Assembly (NCBI GenBank): GCA_965116475.1
Contig: OZ220691.1
Location: 1,536,001 to 1,600,000 of the forward strand
Length of the DNA: 64,000 bases
Direction: 5' to 3'
From: Gemmatimonadota bacterium
Lineage (GTDB): Bacteria > Gemmatimonadota > Gemmatimonadetes > Palauibacterales > Palauibacteraceae
Below, one piece after another: positions 27,949 to 38,003 of this stretch. The position numbers and the translations under genes were made by a program. How positions within the stretch are numbered: the first letter of the stretch is position 1; each line of letters begins with the position of its first letter. The notes beneath the pieces are model-generated. The model had not been told where the DNA came from and ran no database searches. It saw nothing but the letters and a program-made list of their open reading frames with translations.

Positions 27949-27997
27949 TCCTGGCGGGCAGACGAGCCGGTGGAGAACGTGATACTGTTCGCCTGCC

Positions 27998-29026
27998 TCA
28001 CTCCTCCGGCAGTTCGTACCAGTACACGCGGTCGGGCACCAACGCCCGCCGGGGGCCACGGGCGATGAGTCGGTCACCCGAGACGGCGATGGTGGTCACC
28101 TCGCCCTGGAGTTCGACCGTCCACAGGAACGAGGCTGCCTCAAGGTCGTAGACATCCACATAAGAGCCTTCGTCCTCGAGAATCCGCACAATCCACAGTC
28201 GGCCTCGCGCATCAACGCCCCCGCTGCCGTACCACCAATATGCACGATTGCTGAAACTCTCGGCAGTGTATCCAGGGTCGAAGCCGGTCCCGTTGCTCTG
28301 CCGCGTGACCCGGGCCGCGGTCTCCATGCTCGGGTATCTCTCGGTGTACGTCGGTGAAGGGATGACGGTGACCTCTTTTCCGCCGTCGGGATACCACAGC
28401 AGAAACTCGCCGAAGCAGGCAACCTGTACGATGCCACGGCCCGCGGGATAGATGTCTCCGAGCTTGGACCGTCGGATACCGACGGGTGTTCCGCAGGTCA
28501 CCACCGCGGGATCCGGTAGCCACTTTCGCAGGATGTCGCCGGTCGCGATGTGGATCTCCGCATTGGCCATTACCGGGTCACCCATTTCCCGGTGTCTGGT
28601 GATGACCGTGCTGTCCGTCCTCGCGTGGAGCCCAAACATCCGGCCGCCGGTTGGCGCGCTCGATACAAACGCGCCTTCCGTTGTGAACCGCGTAATGCGC
28701 TGCAGGTGTGAATCGGAAACAATGATGTCGCCGTTCGGCGCACTTGCGATCGCGGTCCCTACAGTCATAGGGGACAATTCGCCCGGCCCCTCGCCCGCCC
28801 TCCCGAAGGTCAGCGAATCACCGTTCACGTCCACGCAATAGCCCCGGACCATGTACTGGTCGACAACACAGGCTGTGTCGGGGCTGACCAGAGCCATGCC
28901 CAAGGACGACGGAATGCTCGCCGAAGCCAAGGGTTCCAAGCTGAACGTGGCCTCCGGGTGACTCTCCTGTCCCCGGCATGCGAGAACAAGAAGAGCGCCC
29001 AGAAGCCCTACTGAGGTTCGTAGCAT
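27998..29026 (-). CDS. 6-bladed beta-propeller lipoprotein
   Basis: Lipobox VLAC; FGRAGEGPGEL motif; VDARGRLWI blade; codon usage less GC-skewed than neighbours. Confidence 0.72.
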   Translation of the reverse strand: MLRTSVGLLGALLVLACRGQESHPEATFSLEPLASASIPSSLGMALVSPDTACVVDQYMVRGYCVDVNGDSLTFGRAGEGPGELSPMTVGTAIASAPNGDIIVSDSHLQRITRFTTEGAFVSSAPTGGRMFGLHARTDSTVITRHREMGDPVMANAEIHIATGDILRKWLPDPAVVTCGTPVGIRRSKLGDIYPAGRGIVQVACFGEFLLWYPDGGKEVTVIPSPTYTERYPSMETAARVTRQSNGTGFDPGYTAESFSNRAYWWYGSGGVDARGRLWIVRILEDEGSYVDVYDLEAASFLWTVELQGEVTTIAVSGDRLIARGPRRALVPDRVYWYELPEE

Positions 29027-29174
29027 GGAAGCCGTCGCCGAATCGTAGCGGCTCTCAATGCACATGTGGCCCGCAATCCAGTCCGAAGACTGGCACACCA
29101 GCGATAACACGATGACAAGCTGCCGGCCGTGCGTCTTGCATCAACGGGATTCTATCCGATGGCTCGAAAGCAGT

Positions 29175-29423
29175 TCATACGGGCCTGCAGAGGAGGTACA
29201 TGCATCGCCAGAACGTACCGCTGGCAAAAGCCGTGGCCTGGGTGGAGGCCGAATCCGGATCTTCGCCGGCGGCTATCAGGCTGTCGTAAACAAGATCCCA
29301 GTCCTGCATTGCCGCGCTGTGGCAAGCGTCCGTACACGAATCGGGCGTCACCTGCCCTGCCAGAGGCCACGCCATCGCCAGCATCAGGATCACGCTCGTC
29401 CACACACGTCGAAATCGTCGCAT
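29175..29423 (-). CDS. Small secreted Cys-containing peptide (82 aa), hypothetical
   Basis: GGAGGA RBS; signal peptide MRRFRRVWTSVILMLAMAWPLAG-Q; mature part has CTDAC...CMYLLC; same strand as and upstream of the propeller gene. Confidence 0.7.
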   Translation of the reverse strand: MRRFRRVWTSVILMLAMAWPLAGQVTPDSCTDACHSAAMQDWDLVYDSLIAAGEDPDSASTQATAFASGTFWRCMYLLCRPV

Positions 29424-29511
29424 CGGGCTCCTCCGTTCCAAGCTTGCTTGTGGGAATGACCTTGTCCTACATGAATTTGGAGGAGCACTCGATCTTGGGG
29501 ATAGGGCCAAC

Positions 29512-29562
29512 ATCGATGAATTCTGTAACGAGATCGATGACTTCCGTAACGAAATCGATGAA
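29512..29562. promoter_or_regulatory. 21-bp-period direct repeats upstream of the peptide gene
   Basis: atcgatgaattctgtaacgag / atcgatgacttccgtaacgaa / atcgatgaa, starting at 29512, 29533 and 29554. Confidence 0.65.
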
Positions 29563-29835
29563 AGCTTTCGCCTGCGGCCTCCCATTCCGGATCGAGGGAA
29601 CGAAGGTGATGGGCCCACACGACCGTGCGCCGCCGCTTGAGCGAAGAACCGGAGGCAGCGTCGCACTCAGAAACGCTGTGAGCGGCGGCACCCGACACTC
29701 GAAAGGTCTTCAGGTTGATGGTCGCTTGTAAGGCCTACGCGGCAGGGTGACTCCAGTTGCCGAGTCGACGGCCGCCAAGTGGTCCCAGCCCGAGGGCGGC
29801 AGCCGTCGATCTCACGTGGGTCCAGGCGCCGGAGG

Positions 29836-30453
29836 TTACATGCCGAGGGGGATGTCGACCTGGGTGTTCTCCCATGAGAAGCGGAGGGCGCCGTCCACCT
29901 GCTCGAAGGTCATCATCTCCACCATGCCGGCGGTCGCCGAGGGCGTGGCCATGAAGCTGCCGACCTCGGTGCTCCGGACCGTGGCGTCGATCGGGATCCC
30001 CCAGCGGTCGAATTCCGAGTTCACGTGGAACTCCCACTCAGTCTCGCCGGGCGTGGCGTACAGCGAGTAGCTCCCGGCTCCGAGCGCGACCCCGCCGACC
30101 GTGGCGGCGGCCGAGAGGTGGAGCGCCGTCGCTTCGTTCGCTCCCAGGCGCCAGACCTCCCCGTAGGGGACCAGTTCGCCCATGACGACGCGCTCGCGGG
30201 CCGATGGCGCGCCGTAGCAGAGGAGACCTTCGCCCCCGTCGTACGAGAAGCTCAGCTCCTGGAGCGGGCTCGCCCGGCCTTCCACATCGCCCATGACGAC
30301 GCAGGCCAGCCCCGCGTCCGCCATTTCGTCCATGGCTTCGGCCGTCTCCGGCATCTCGGCCGTCTCCGCCATCTCCGCGTCGCCGGCCTCGGATCCTCCG
30401 CCACACGCCAGGACCAGGAGAACGGCCAGGTACCACGTGCTGCTTCGCTTCAT
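29836..30453 (-). CDS. DUF2911 domain lipoprotein
   Basis: Lipobox VLAC; RASP, YGAPSARER..LVPYGEVWRLGANEAT, YSLY and WENT motifs. Confidence 0.82.
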   Translation of the reverse strand: MKRSSTWYLAVLLVLACGGGSEAGDAEMAETAEMPETAEAMDEMADAGLACVVMGDVEGRASPLQELSFSYDGGEGLLCYGAPSARERVVMGELVPYGEVWRLGANEATALHLSAAATVGGVALGAGSYSLYATPGETEWEFHVNSEFDRWGIPIDATVRSTEVGSFMATPSATAGMVEMMTFEQVDGALRFSWENTQVDIPLGM

Positions 30454-30499
30454 CTCTTCACCCTCCGATTGTTCTGTTCGTTTGTTCCGTTTTCGGACG

Positions 30500-31588
30500 C
30501 TATTTCGTCCAGACCGCGACGAGGCCGCACCGGGAAGGCGGGAACTCCGCCGGACCGGACGCCAGCCCCTTGTATATCTCGATGCCGGCGATCTCGCTCG
30601 GTCGCACGACGTCGTCCAGCGGGATCCCCCTCGTCGGCAGACCGTCGACATAGAAGGTCAGTGAGCAGGCGCCCGTGACCCCGGACGACAGCCTCGTGTT
30701 GACGAGTCTGCAGTCGGTACGCCGGGCGTTGCACTGAAGCCGGAGTCCCGACTCGTCGGCGATCATGTGCGAGATCTCGATCGGCCGGCGGCGATCGATG
30801 TCCTCCGCCGTGTAGAAGGCGCCCGTGCCGACGAGTTCGCTCCAGTGCCTGCGCTCGTAGAAGCCCTTGACCTCCAGGCGGCGAGACCTCGTCGCCGTCG
30901 CCACGATCGGCTCCATCTCCACCGGATCGGGGACCATGCCGATCTCCACCTCGGTGGTGAGACCGGGGGAAACCTCGATCTCATAGGACAGCGGAGCGTA
31001 CCCGAGGTGGCGCACGTTGAGTTCCTGCAGGCCGACCGGAACGCCGCTGAGGACGAACCGCCCCCGGCGATCCGTCTCGGACACCCGCAGGCGGTCGGGA
31101 ACGGACACCGTGGCGGCCACGACCGGATCATCGGTGATGGCGTCGCGCACCTGGCCCATCAGCCTGCCGGTACGGACCGGTCCCGTGCGCTGCATGAGCG
31201 TGATGTCGTGGGACATTCCGGCGACGATCGCGACCACCGTCTCTTCGCTCGAAGCGTTCCCGTACTCCGACCACAGCGTGGCTCGCGTCGCATCCCGGGG
31301 GGCGCAGAGGACGAGGCGTCCGTCGCCGCCGACCGCCTCGCGCACCGGCCTTCTCGCGCGCTCCGCCTCGGTCCACCGCACCACCACCACCGCGTTGGGA
31401 ACCGAGGCCGTGCCGTCGTCGTCAAGGACGCGGACCCGCAGGCTCGCACGATCCCCGCAATCCCGCTCCTGCGCCGAGAGGGCCCCCGTGCCGCCGGCAA
31501 GTCCCGACGCCGCAACGAGGCTCCACGCGAACTGGCGCGCCGCCCACCGTGTCACCGACCTGGGATCAGACCTCGGGAATCTCCGCAT
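30500..31588 (-). CDS. Secreted carboxypeptidase-regulatory-like domain + TonB-plug-like protein, no beta-barrel
   Basis: Signal peptide ending LSA-Q; ETDRRGRFVLSGVPVG..HLGY domain; GFYERR; FYVDG...IAGIEIY...CGLVAVWTK then stop. Confidence 0.72.
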   Translation of the reverse strand: MRRFPRSDPRSVTRWAARQFAWSLVAASGLAGGTGALSAQERDCGDRASLRVRVLDDDGTASVPNAVVVVRWTEAERARRPVREAVGGDGRLVLCAPRDATRATLWSEYGNASSEETVVAIVAGMSHDITLMQRTGPVRTGRLMGQVRDAITDDPVVAATVSVPDRLRVSETDRRGRFVLSGVPVGLQELNVRHLGYAPLSYEIEVSPGLTTEVEIGMVPDPVEMEPIVATATRSRRLEVKGFYERRHWSELVGTGAFYTAEDIDRRRPIEISHMIADESGLRLQCNARRTDCRLVNTRLSSGVTGACSLTFYVDGLPTRGIPLDDVVRPSEIAGIEIYKGLASGPAEFPPSRCGLVAVWTK

Positions 31589-31622
31589 CTCCCTTCAAGA
31601 CTGGGATACGGACCCCCCGGCA

Positions 31623-32978
31623 TCAAGCGAGGAGGAGGAAGCCTGCGGCGGCGAGTCCTGCGGCGAAGAGGGCGTAGGGGAGTTGGGTCAGGGCGTGCTC
31701 GACGACACCGCAGCCGCTGCCCCGGGCGGCGAGGACGGTGGAGTCGCCGTAGAAGCAGGTGTGGCTGCCGAATGCGCTCGCGGAGATGAGGGCTCCGATC
31801 ACGAGCGGCATCTGCGCCCCCACGGAATCGGCGAGCGGGAGCACGATGGGGACGGCCACCGCGAAGATGCCCCAGAACGACGCGGTGGCGAAGGCGACGA
31901 GCGACATCGTGAGGAAGGTGACGGCGGGGAGCAGTCGCGGCGTCATCAGCGGTTCGACGGTCTCGATGAGGTAGGCGGTGAGGCCGAGTCCGTCGTTCAC
32001 CTCCTTGAGGAGGAAGCCGCCGAACACGGTCGCCAGGGGGACGATCATGGTGAGCACGCCGGCCATGGTGGTGTCGAGCGCGGCGCGTACCGGGAGGAGT
32101 CTCGTGCCGACGACGATGGCGAGGGTGAGGCCGAGCGCCACGACGACGCCCTTGAGGATGTCGAGGTCGAGCCACCAGGTGGCGGCCACGAGCGTGACGA
32201 CGGGCACGATGAAGTGCCACGGGCGGGCGCGCTCGGCGGCGCGGGGATCGGTCTCGCCTTCGAGCTTCGCCTCGTCGAGGCCCGGAGGAACGACCTCGCC
32301 GGTCTCGCGGGCGCGCCGCTCCGCCCTGCGCATGGGGCCGATGGCGGGGACGAGGCCGATCCCCACCAGGAGCGCCAGCGCGACGGCGACCCACGCGTAG
32401 AGCATGTACGGGATCGCATCGATGTAGAGCGCGAGTCCGCGGCCCGAAGCCGCCCACCCCGTCTCCTCGAGGAGGCCGGAGAAATAGGCGGCCCAGGTCG
32501 AGATCGGCACGAGGATGCACACGGGCGCGGCGGTGGAGTCCACCACGTAGGCGAGCATCTCGCGCGACACGCGGTGCCGGTCGGTGAAGCGCTTCACGGA
32601 GGAACTGACCGCGAGGACGTTCAGGTAGTCGTCGATGAAGACGGCGAGTCCGAGGAGCCACGTCGCGGCCAGCGAGCCGCCGCGCGTGCGGATGCGCGCC
32701 GATGCCGCGTCGCCGAAGCGGGCCGCGGCGCCCACCCGGACGAGCAGCGTGATGAGGCTGCCGAAGAGCGCGCAGACGAGGATGATCCAGCCCACGGTCT
32801 CGTTCCGCATGACCGCGACCATGCCGTCCGTGAAGGCGGTGAGCGGGTCCCGGGGCGCGAGGATCGCGAACCCGACGAGCGCCCCCGCGATGAGGGATTC
32901 GACGGGGCGCCGCGTCGCCACGGCAACGGCCAGGACGACGGCGGTGGGGATCAGGCTTACGACCCCGAAGTGCTCCAG
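31623..32978 (-). CDS. Na+/H+ antiporter NhaC family transporter
   Basis: FIDDY, VSREMLAYVVDSTAAP, PISTW and GSHTCFYGDSTVL motifs. Probable CTG start at 32978 after AAGGGAG. Confidence 0.85.
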   Translation of the reverse strand: MEHFGVVSLIPTAVVLAVAVATRRPVESLIAGALVGFAILAPRDPLTAFTDGMVAVMRNETVGWIILVCALFGSLITLLVRVGAAARFGDAASARIRTRGGSLAATWLLGLAVFIDDYLNVLAVSSSVKRFTDRHRVSREMLAYVVDSTAAPVCILVPISTWAAYFSGLLEETGWAASGRGLALYIDAIPYMLYAWVAVALALLVGIGLVPAIGPMRRAERRARETGEVVPPGLDEAKLEGETDPRAAERARPWHFIVPVVTLVAATWWLDLDILKGVVVALGLTLAIVVGTRLLPVRAALDTTMAGVLTMIVPLATVFGGFLLKEVNDGLGLTAYLIETVEPLMTPRLLPAVTFLTMSLVAFATASFWGIFAVAVPIVLPLADSVGAQMPLVIGALISASAFGSHTCFYGDSTVLAARGSGCGVVEHALTQLPYALFAAGLAAAGFLLLA

Positions 32979-33029
32979 CGGCAGCTCCCTTCTCCGGAGG
33001 CGAGATTCGCGCCCCGGCCAGCGGTTCAG

Positions 33030-33917
33030 CTAGCCGAGGCGGACCTCGTCGCCGACGCGTACGGTGCCGGGCCCGTCCACCTCGCATTTCACGCCGACGT
33101 TCCCCTCGTTGTGGTCGAAGGCGGCGCGCAGCACTCGCGGATCCTTCGGGAGATCTCCCAGCGGGAGCGTGACCATCACGCAGCGCATGCACGGCTTCGT
33201 CACCCGCAGGCGCGCCCCGCCGATCTCGAGCGTGCCGCCCACCCAGTCGTTCTCGACGAAGCCCCGCGCCCCGGCGACGGGTTCGATCACGAGGTTCGGG
33301 CGGAAGCGGCCCACGTGGAAGTCGCTCTCCGGGACGAGTACCCGCAGGTGGTCGAGGCTCGCGGTCGTCAGGGCGTGGAGGCCGGAACTGTCGAAGAAGG
33401 TCCCGGGCGGCAGTTCCCACTCCGTGATCTCGTCGCGGTACGTCCGCCCGTCCTGCACGAGTCCCTCCATGTCCGGCCAGTGGTACTCGCACGTCGCGCT
33501 CTCGACCGCCTCCGTCGCGAACGCGACTTCGCGGCCCAGGAGCGCGCTCAAGCGGGCCTCCAGCCGCCGACGCCCCGCGCTCGACAACGTCGTCCCATCC
33601 TCGAACCGGACCCGGATCGACGCGGCCCCGTTCTCCCGTTCGAAGCTCGCCGAAAGGCCGTAGACGGCTCCCCACAGCCGCGGCCGCTTCGCGCTCACCA
33701 CGCGGCCGGTCTCGCGGTCCACCAGCGCGCCGGCCCGGTCGCCCTCCATCCCGCGCGCCGTGATCCGCGCCGCCTCAAGGCGTTCTCCTCCCATGGATTT
33801 CACGGGATAGCGGTACAGGCCCACGACGCGCCCCACGACCGTTCCCCGCGCCGCACCCCGCGCCGCGCCCCGCGCAGCCCCCGCCTCCGCTCCGTCCCTT
33901 GCCGGGTGGGCGCTCAT
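33030..33917 (-). CDS. MOSC domain protein (N-terminal beta-barrel + MOSC)
   Basis: LYRYPVKSMGGE, GDR, RFRPNLVI and PCMRC motifs; ATGA overlap with the upstream gene. Confidence 0.9.
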   Translation of the reverse strand: MSAHPARDGAEAGAARGAARGAARGTVVGRVVGLYRYPVKSMGGERLEAARITARGMEGDRAGALVDRETGRVVSAKRPRLWGAVYGLSASFERENGAASIRVRFEDGTTLSSAGRRRLEARLSALLGREVAFATEAVESATCEYHWPDMEGLVQDGRTYRDEITEWELPPGTFFDSSGLHALTTASLDHLRVLVPESDFHVGRFRPNLVIEPVAGARGFVENDWVGGTLEIGGARLRVTKPCMRCVMVTLPLGDLPKDPRVLRAAFDHNEGNVGVKCEVDGPGTVRVGDEVRLG

Positions 33918-35188
33918 CGGACGAGCGACACGAGGTAGGCGAGGCCGGTCCCGCCGAGGAGGACGAGTCCCACCCAGGTCAGCGTCACCATGCCGCGGCC
34001 CGGCCGGTGCTCGGGCGGCACGGCCTCCGACGTCACGGCGCGGAGGTTGAAGTAGCCGAGGATGGGCGCGGTGAGGAACGCCACCGTCGTCGCGAAGTCC
34101 ACCATCGCGGTGAGGCTGCCGGAGAAGCCGAGGAGGATGAAGAAGGCGATGACGGGGAGCGTGATCATGCTCCACCAGTAGACGCGTCCCACGCGGGTCA
34201 CGGTGTCCGCCGCGACGGTCCCCCGCAGGTTCGCCAGCGTGCGCTCGATCGCGCGCGGGAAGCCGTCGGTCACGGCGAGGAGGCTGGAGAAGATCGTCGC
34301 CATCGCCGCTACGAGCACGATGGGACGGGACCACGAACCCAGCGTCGTGCTGTACATGTCGACGAGTTGCGTGGAGAAGACGGCCCCCGCGTCGCTGAGG
34401 GTGACGTCCGCCTGGTAGAGGACGGTGGCCCCCACCGACACGAAGATGAGGGCGAGGATGCCGGTGCCGACGAAGCCCACGAGGAAATCGCGCTTCGCGT
34501 CGGCGACCGAGGTCCGCGCGCCCGTCGTCTTGTCTTTGGCGAGCGTCCACAGGCTGCTCCACACCGCCACGTCGACGGGCGAGGGCATCCATCCAATGAG
34601 GGCGAGGAGGAAGGCGAAGGGGACGACGGTGCCGACGACGTCGCCCGGCCACAGCGCCAGCGTCGAGAGGTCGGCGCGCGGCGCGGCCACGAGCGCGGTC
34701 GCCACGGTCGAGACGACGAGCATGGCGAGCAGGATCTTGATCGTGATGTCGAGGCCGCGGAAACGCCCCACCGCGAGCACCGCCACGCAGGCGCCCATCA
34801 GCACGGCCCCCGTCGCCGCCAGCGGCCACTCCGCACCGAAGGCGTAGCGCGTGAGGAAGGCCATGAACATCGCGAGCGCCGCCAGCGAGATGATCGCGGT
34901 GACCAGGGTGATGGCGAGGAAGAGCCACAGCGCCCAGCGGCCGATATCGCGGTAGCCCTCGACCAGGCTCCGCCTCGTGGCCGCCGCGTAACGCGCCCCG
35001 TACTCGAAGAAGGGATACTTGAGGACGAGCGCGAAGACGATCACGCCGACGAAGGCGAACCCCGCCTCTCCCCCGGCGCGGGTCGACTGCACGAGGTGGG
35101 AGACGCCGATGGAGGTTGCGGCCCAAATGAGACCGGGGCCGAAGCTCCGCCAGAAGCTGGAGCGGGAACGCGCGGCGGGTTCGTTCAT
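33914..35188 (-). CDS. Nramp/MntH-superfamily (APC-fold) transporter, non-DPGN subgroup
   Basis: FGPGLIWAATSIGVSHLVQSTRAG, KYPFFE and GWMPSP motifs; about 11 TM segments. Confidence 0.82.
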   Translation of the reverse strand: MNEPAARSRSSFWRSFGPGLIWAATSIGVSHLVQSTRAGGEAGFAFVGVIVFALVLKYPFFEYGARYAAATRRSLVEGYRDIGRWALWLFLAITLVTAIISLAALAMFMAFLTRYAFGAEWPLAATGAVLMGACVAVLAVGRFRGLDITIKILLAMLVVSTVATALVAAPRADLSTLALWPGDVVGTVVPFAFLLALIGWMPSPVDVAVWSSLWTLAKDKTTGARTSVADAKRDFLVGFVGTGILALIFVSVGATVLYQADVTLSDAGAVFSTQLVDMYSTTLGSWSRPIVLVAAMATIFSSLLAVTDGFPRAIERTLANLRGTVAADTVTRVGRVYWWSMITLPVIAFFILLGFSGSLTAMVDFATTVAFLTAPILGYFNLRAVTSEAVPPEHRPGRGMVTLTWVGLVLLGGTGLAYLVSLVR

Positions 35189-35328
35189 GGGCTTCTCCGG
35201 CCGACCGTGGGTCGCGGGGATGTGTGGAGCCTGACGATGCCCCTCCCCCGCCGGATGGTGCAACGCCGCGACGAACGTGCAATAGTGAGTCGCCGTCCGT
35301 CCAATCCCTGAACGATGGAGAAGGCTCC

Positions 35329-37995
35329 GTGCTATCCACGCTCGCGCTCGCCGCCGCGCTGCAAGTGCCCGCCCAGGCGCCGGAACTCGCTCCCGGAACG
35401 CGCTACGACCCCGAGATCCCGACGCTCGAAGAGGTGGCGGGACACGGGTTCCGCGACGTCGTCACGCCGCCGGCCGACGTGATCCGGTACATGGAGGCGC
35501 TCGCCGCGGCGGCGCCGGAGCGGACGCATCTGATCCAGTACGCGGAGAGTTGGGAAGGGCGGCCGCTCGTCGTCCTCGTCATCGGCTCGGTGGAACGCAT
35601 GGCGCGGCTCGACGAGGTGAAGGCCGGGATCGCGCGGCTCGCCGATCCCCGCGGCCTCTCCGATGAGGAGGCCGAAGCCCTGCTCGCCGAGCTTCCGGTC
35701 GTCACCGCGCTGATGCACTCGATTCACGGCGACGAGATCAGCCCCAGCGGCGCCGCGATGGCCGAAGCCTACCATCTCCTCGCGGCGACGGGGGATCCCG
35801 ACGTCGACCTCATCCTCTCGGAGTCGCTCGTCCTCATCGATCCCCTGGAGAACCCGGACGGGCGGAACCGCTTCGTGTACCAGAACTCCGTCGCGCAGGC
35901 GCGCTGGCCGGACGAAGCCCGCGTCTCCGCCGAGCACGACCCGCCGTGGCCCGGCGGCCGCGGCAACCACTACCTGTTCGACCTCAACCGGGACCTCTTC
36001 ATCCAGAGCCAGGTCGAGACGCGCGGGAAAGTGGACATCTTCCTCGAGTTCCGGCCCCACATCGTGGCGGACCTGCACGAGATGGGAGGGGACGCGACGT
36101 ACTTCTTCCCGCCGACGGCGCCGCCCTCCAACCCCTGGTTCGGGGAGCGGCAGGTCGCGCTCATGGACGTGTTCGGGGAGGCGATCGCGGCGCGTTTCGA
36201 CGAACGCGGGTTCGCGTACTTCAACCGGGAGGTGTACGACCTCTTCTATCCGGGCTACGTGGACATGTGGCCCATGAGCTACGGCGCGCTGGGGATGACG
36301 TACGAGCAGGCGGGCGCCGGGGGGCTGAGGCTGCGGCAGTCGGACGACGACCTGCTCACGTACGGCGACGGCGTGCTGCACCACTTCACGGCGGGGATCG
36401 AGACCGCGCTCACGGCCGCGCGGAACCGGGACCGGATCCTGCGGGGCTACCTGGCCTATCTCCGCGAGGGGATCGCGCTCGGACAGCGGGGGCCGGCCGA
36501 GATCGTGCTGCACTCGGCGCACGATCCGGGGATGGCGGAGCGGCTCGCGCTCATGCTGGCCGAGAACGGGGTCGACGTGTTCCGCGCCTCCGGTCCGGTG
36601 ACGGCCGGCGGCCGGACGCTGGAGGCCGGGTCGAGCTTCATCGTGCCGCTCGACCAGCCCGCGCACCGCTTCATCCACAACATGCTCGACGCGCACGTGC
36701 CAATGGAGGAGGAGTTCGTGCAGCGGCAGATCGAGCGGCGCGCGAACCGGCAGCCGGACGAAATCTACGACCTCACCGCGTGGAGCCAGCCGCTGCTCTG
36801 GGACGTGGAGGCGATCGAGACCGCCGCGACGGGGGCGCGCGGCGCGCGGCTGACCGCGAGCGACGCGGCCGCGCGTCCGGAGGTTGCCGGCGGCGCGGGC
36901 GGCGGTGCGGGCGGAAGTGGCGGCGGAGTCGAGCCCGTCGACCCGTTGCCCGAGGCGCTCGTCGGTTACCTCGTCCCGTGGGGCACGAACGGGGCCGCGG
37001 CGGTCGCCGAGGCGCTGCGTGAGGGTCTCCGCGTCCGGGCGGCCGGTGCGGAGTTCACGCTGGACGGCCGCCGCTTCGGCGTCGGCACCGCCATCCTCCG
37101 GGCGGCCGAGAACGGCCCGGATCTGCGGCAGCGCCTGGCCGGCATCGCCGCCCGGCACCGCGCCGAGGTCGTGCCCATCGACGACGCGTACGTGCGCGAG
37201 GGCATGTCGCTCGGCAGCCGCCGCGTCCGGGCGCTGCGCGAGCCGCGCGTGCTCCTCGTCTACGATTCCCCGGGCGGGAGCTACTCCGTCGGCTGGGCGC
37301 GCTACGTCCTCGAGCGGCGCTACGGCCAGCGCACGACGGCCGTGCGGGCGTCCAGCCTCGGCCAGGCGCGGCTGGCGGACTACGACGTCATCGTCTTCCC
37401 GAGCGGCAACTACGGCGGCGCCGTGGGCGGCGGGCTGCAGGATCGCCTCCAGGCGTGGATGCGCGACGGCGGCACGATCATCACGATGGCGGAATCCTCG
37501 CGCTGGGCGGCGCGGGCGGGACTCCTCGCCACCGAGGCGGAGCGCCGCGGCGGCCGCGCCGAGGGCGACGACCCGCCGGAACCCGGCACCCCCGAACAAC
37601 CGATCGAGTACCTCGACGCGATCTCGCCTGAAGACGAATCGCCGGAGGGCGTGCCCGGCGCGATCCTGCGCACCCTGCTCGACACGGAGCACTGGCTCGC
37701 GGCCGGCACCGACGGCGAGATCGGCGTCCTCGTCGAAGGCTCCCGCGTCTTCCGTCCCATCACCCTCGACGAAGGCGCGAACGTGGGCCGCTACGCCGAC
37801 CTCGAAGACCTCGTGCTGAGCGGCATCGTGTGGGAGGAGTCGCGCCCGCAACTCGCGAGCAAGGCCTTCCTCATCCACCAGCCCGTGGGCCGCGGTCAAC
37901 TCGTCGCCTTCGCCGAAGACCCGAACTACCGCGCCTACGCCGAGGCGACGCAACTCCTGTTCATGAACGCCGTCCTCCTCGGCCCCGGCCGCTAG
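35329..37995 (+). CDS. Secreted M14 family zinc carboxypeptidase with C-terminal GATase-like domain
   Basis: SIHGDE, NPDGR, RGNHYLFDLNRD and DLHEMG motifs; GTG start after GGAGAAGG; signal peptide. Confidence 0.88.
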   Translation: MLSTLALAAALQVPAQAPELAPGTRYDPEIPTLEEVAGHGFRDVVTPPADVIRYMEALAAAAPERTHLIQYAESWEGRPLVVLVIGSVERMARLDEVKAGIARLADPRGLSDEEAEALLAELPVVTALMHSIHGDEISPSGAAMAEAYHLLAATGDPDVDLILSESLVLIDPLENPDGRNRFVYQNSVAQARWPDEARVSAEHDPPWPGGRGNHYLFDLNRDLFIQSQVETRGKVDIFLEFRPHIVADLHEMGGDATYFFPPTAPPSNPWFGERQVALMDVFGEAIAARFDERGFAYFNREVYDLFYPGYVDMWPMSYGALGMTYEQAGAGGLRLRQSDDDLLTYGDGVLHHFTAGIETALTAARNRDRILRGYLAYLREGIALGQRGPAEIVLHSAHDPGMAERLALMLAENGVDVFRASGPVTAGGRTLEAGSSFIVPLDQPAHRFIHNMLDAHVPMEEEFVQRQIERRANRQPDEIYDLTAWSQPLLWDVEAIETAATGARGARLTASDAAARPEVAGGAGGGAGGSGGGVEPVDPLPEALVGYLVPWGTNGAAAVAEALREGLRVRAAGAEFTLDGRRFGVGTAILRAAENGPDLRQRLAGIAARHRAEVVPIDDAYVREGMSLGSRRVRALREPRVLLVYDSPGGSYSVGWARYVLERRYGQRTTAVRASSLGQARLADYDVIVFPSGNYGGAVGGGLQDRLQAWMRDGGTIITMAESSRWAARAGLLATEAERRGGRAEGDDPPEPGTPEQPIEYLDAISPEDESPEGVPGAILRTLLDTEHWLAAGTDGEIGVLVEGSRVFRPITLDEGANVGRYADLEDLVLSGIVWEESRPQLASKAFLIHQPVGRGQLVAFAEDPNYRAYAEATQLLFMNAVLLGPGR

Positions 37996-38003
37996 GCCTC
38001 TGG

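Noticed and set aside
29319..29336. CTDACH in the small peptide as a c-type heme site
   Set aside because: The CxxxCH spacing is non-canonical, and a second Cys pair makes disulfides more likely. Not excluded, but unsupported.
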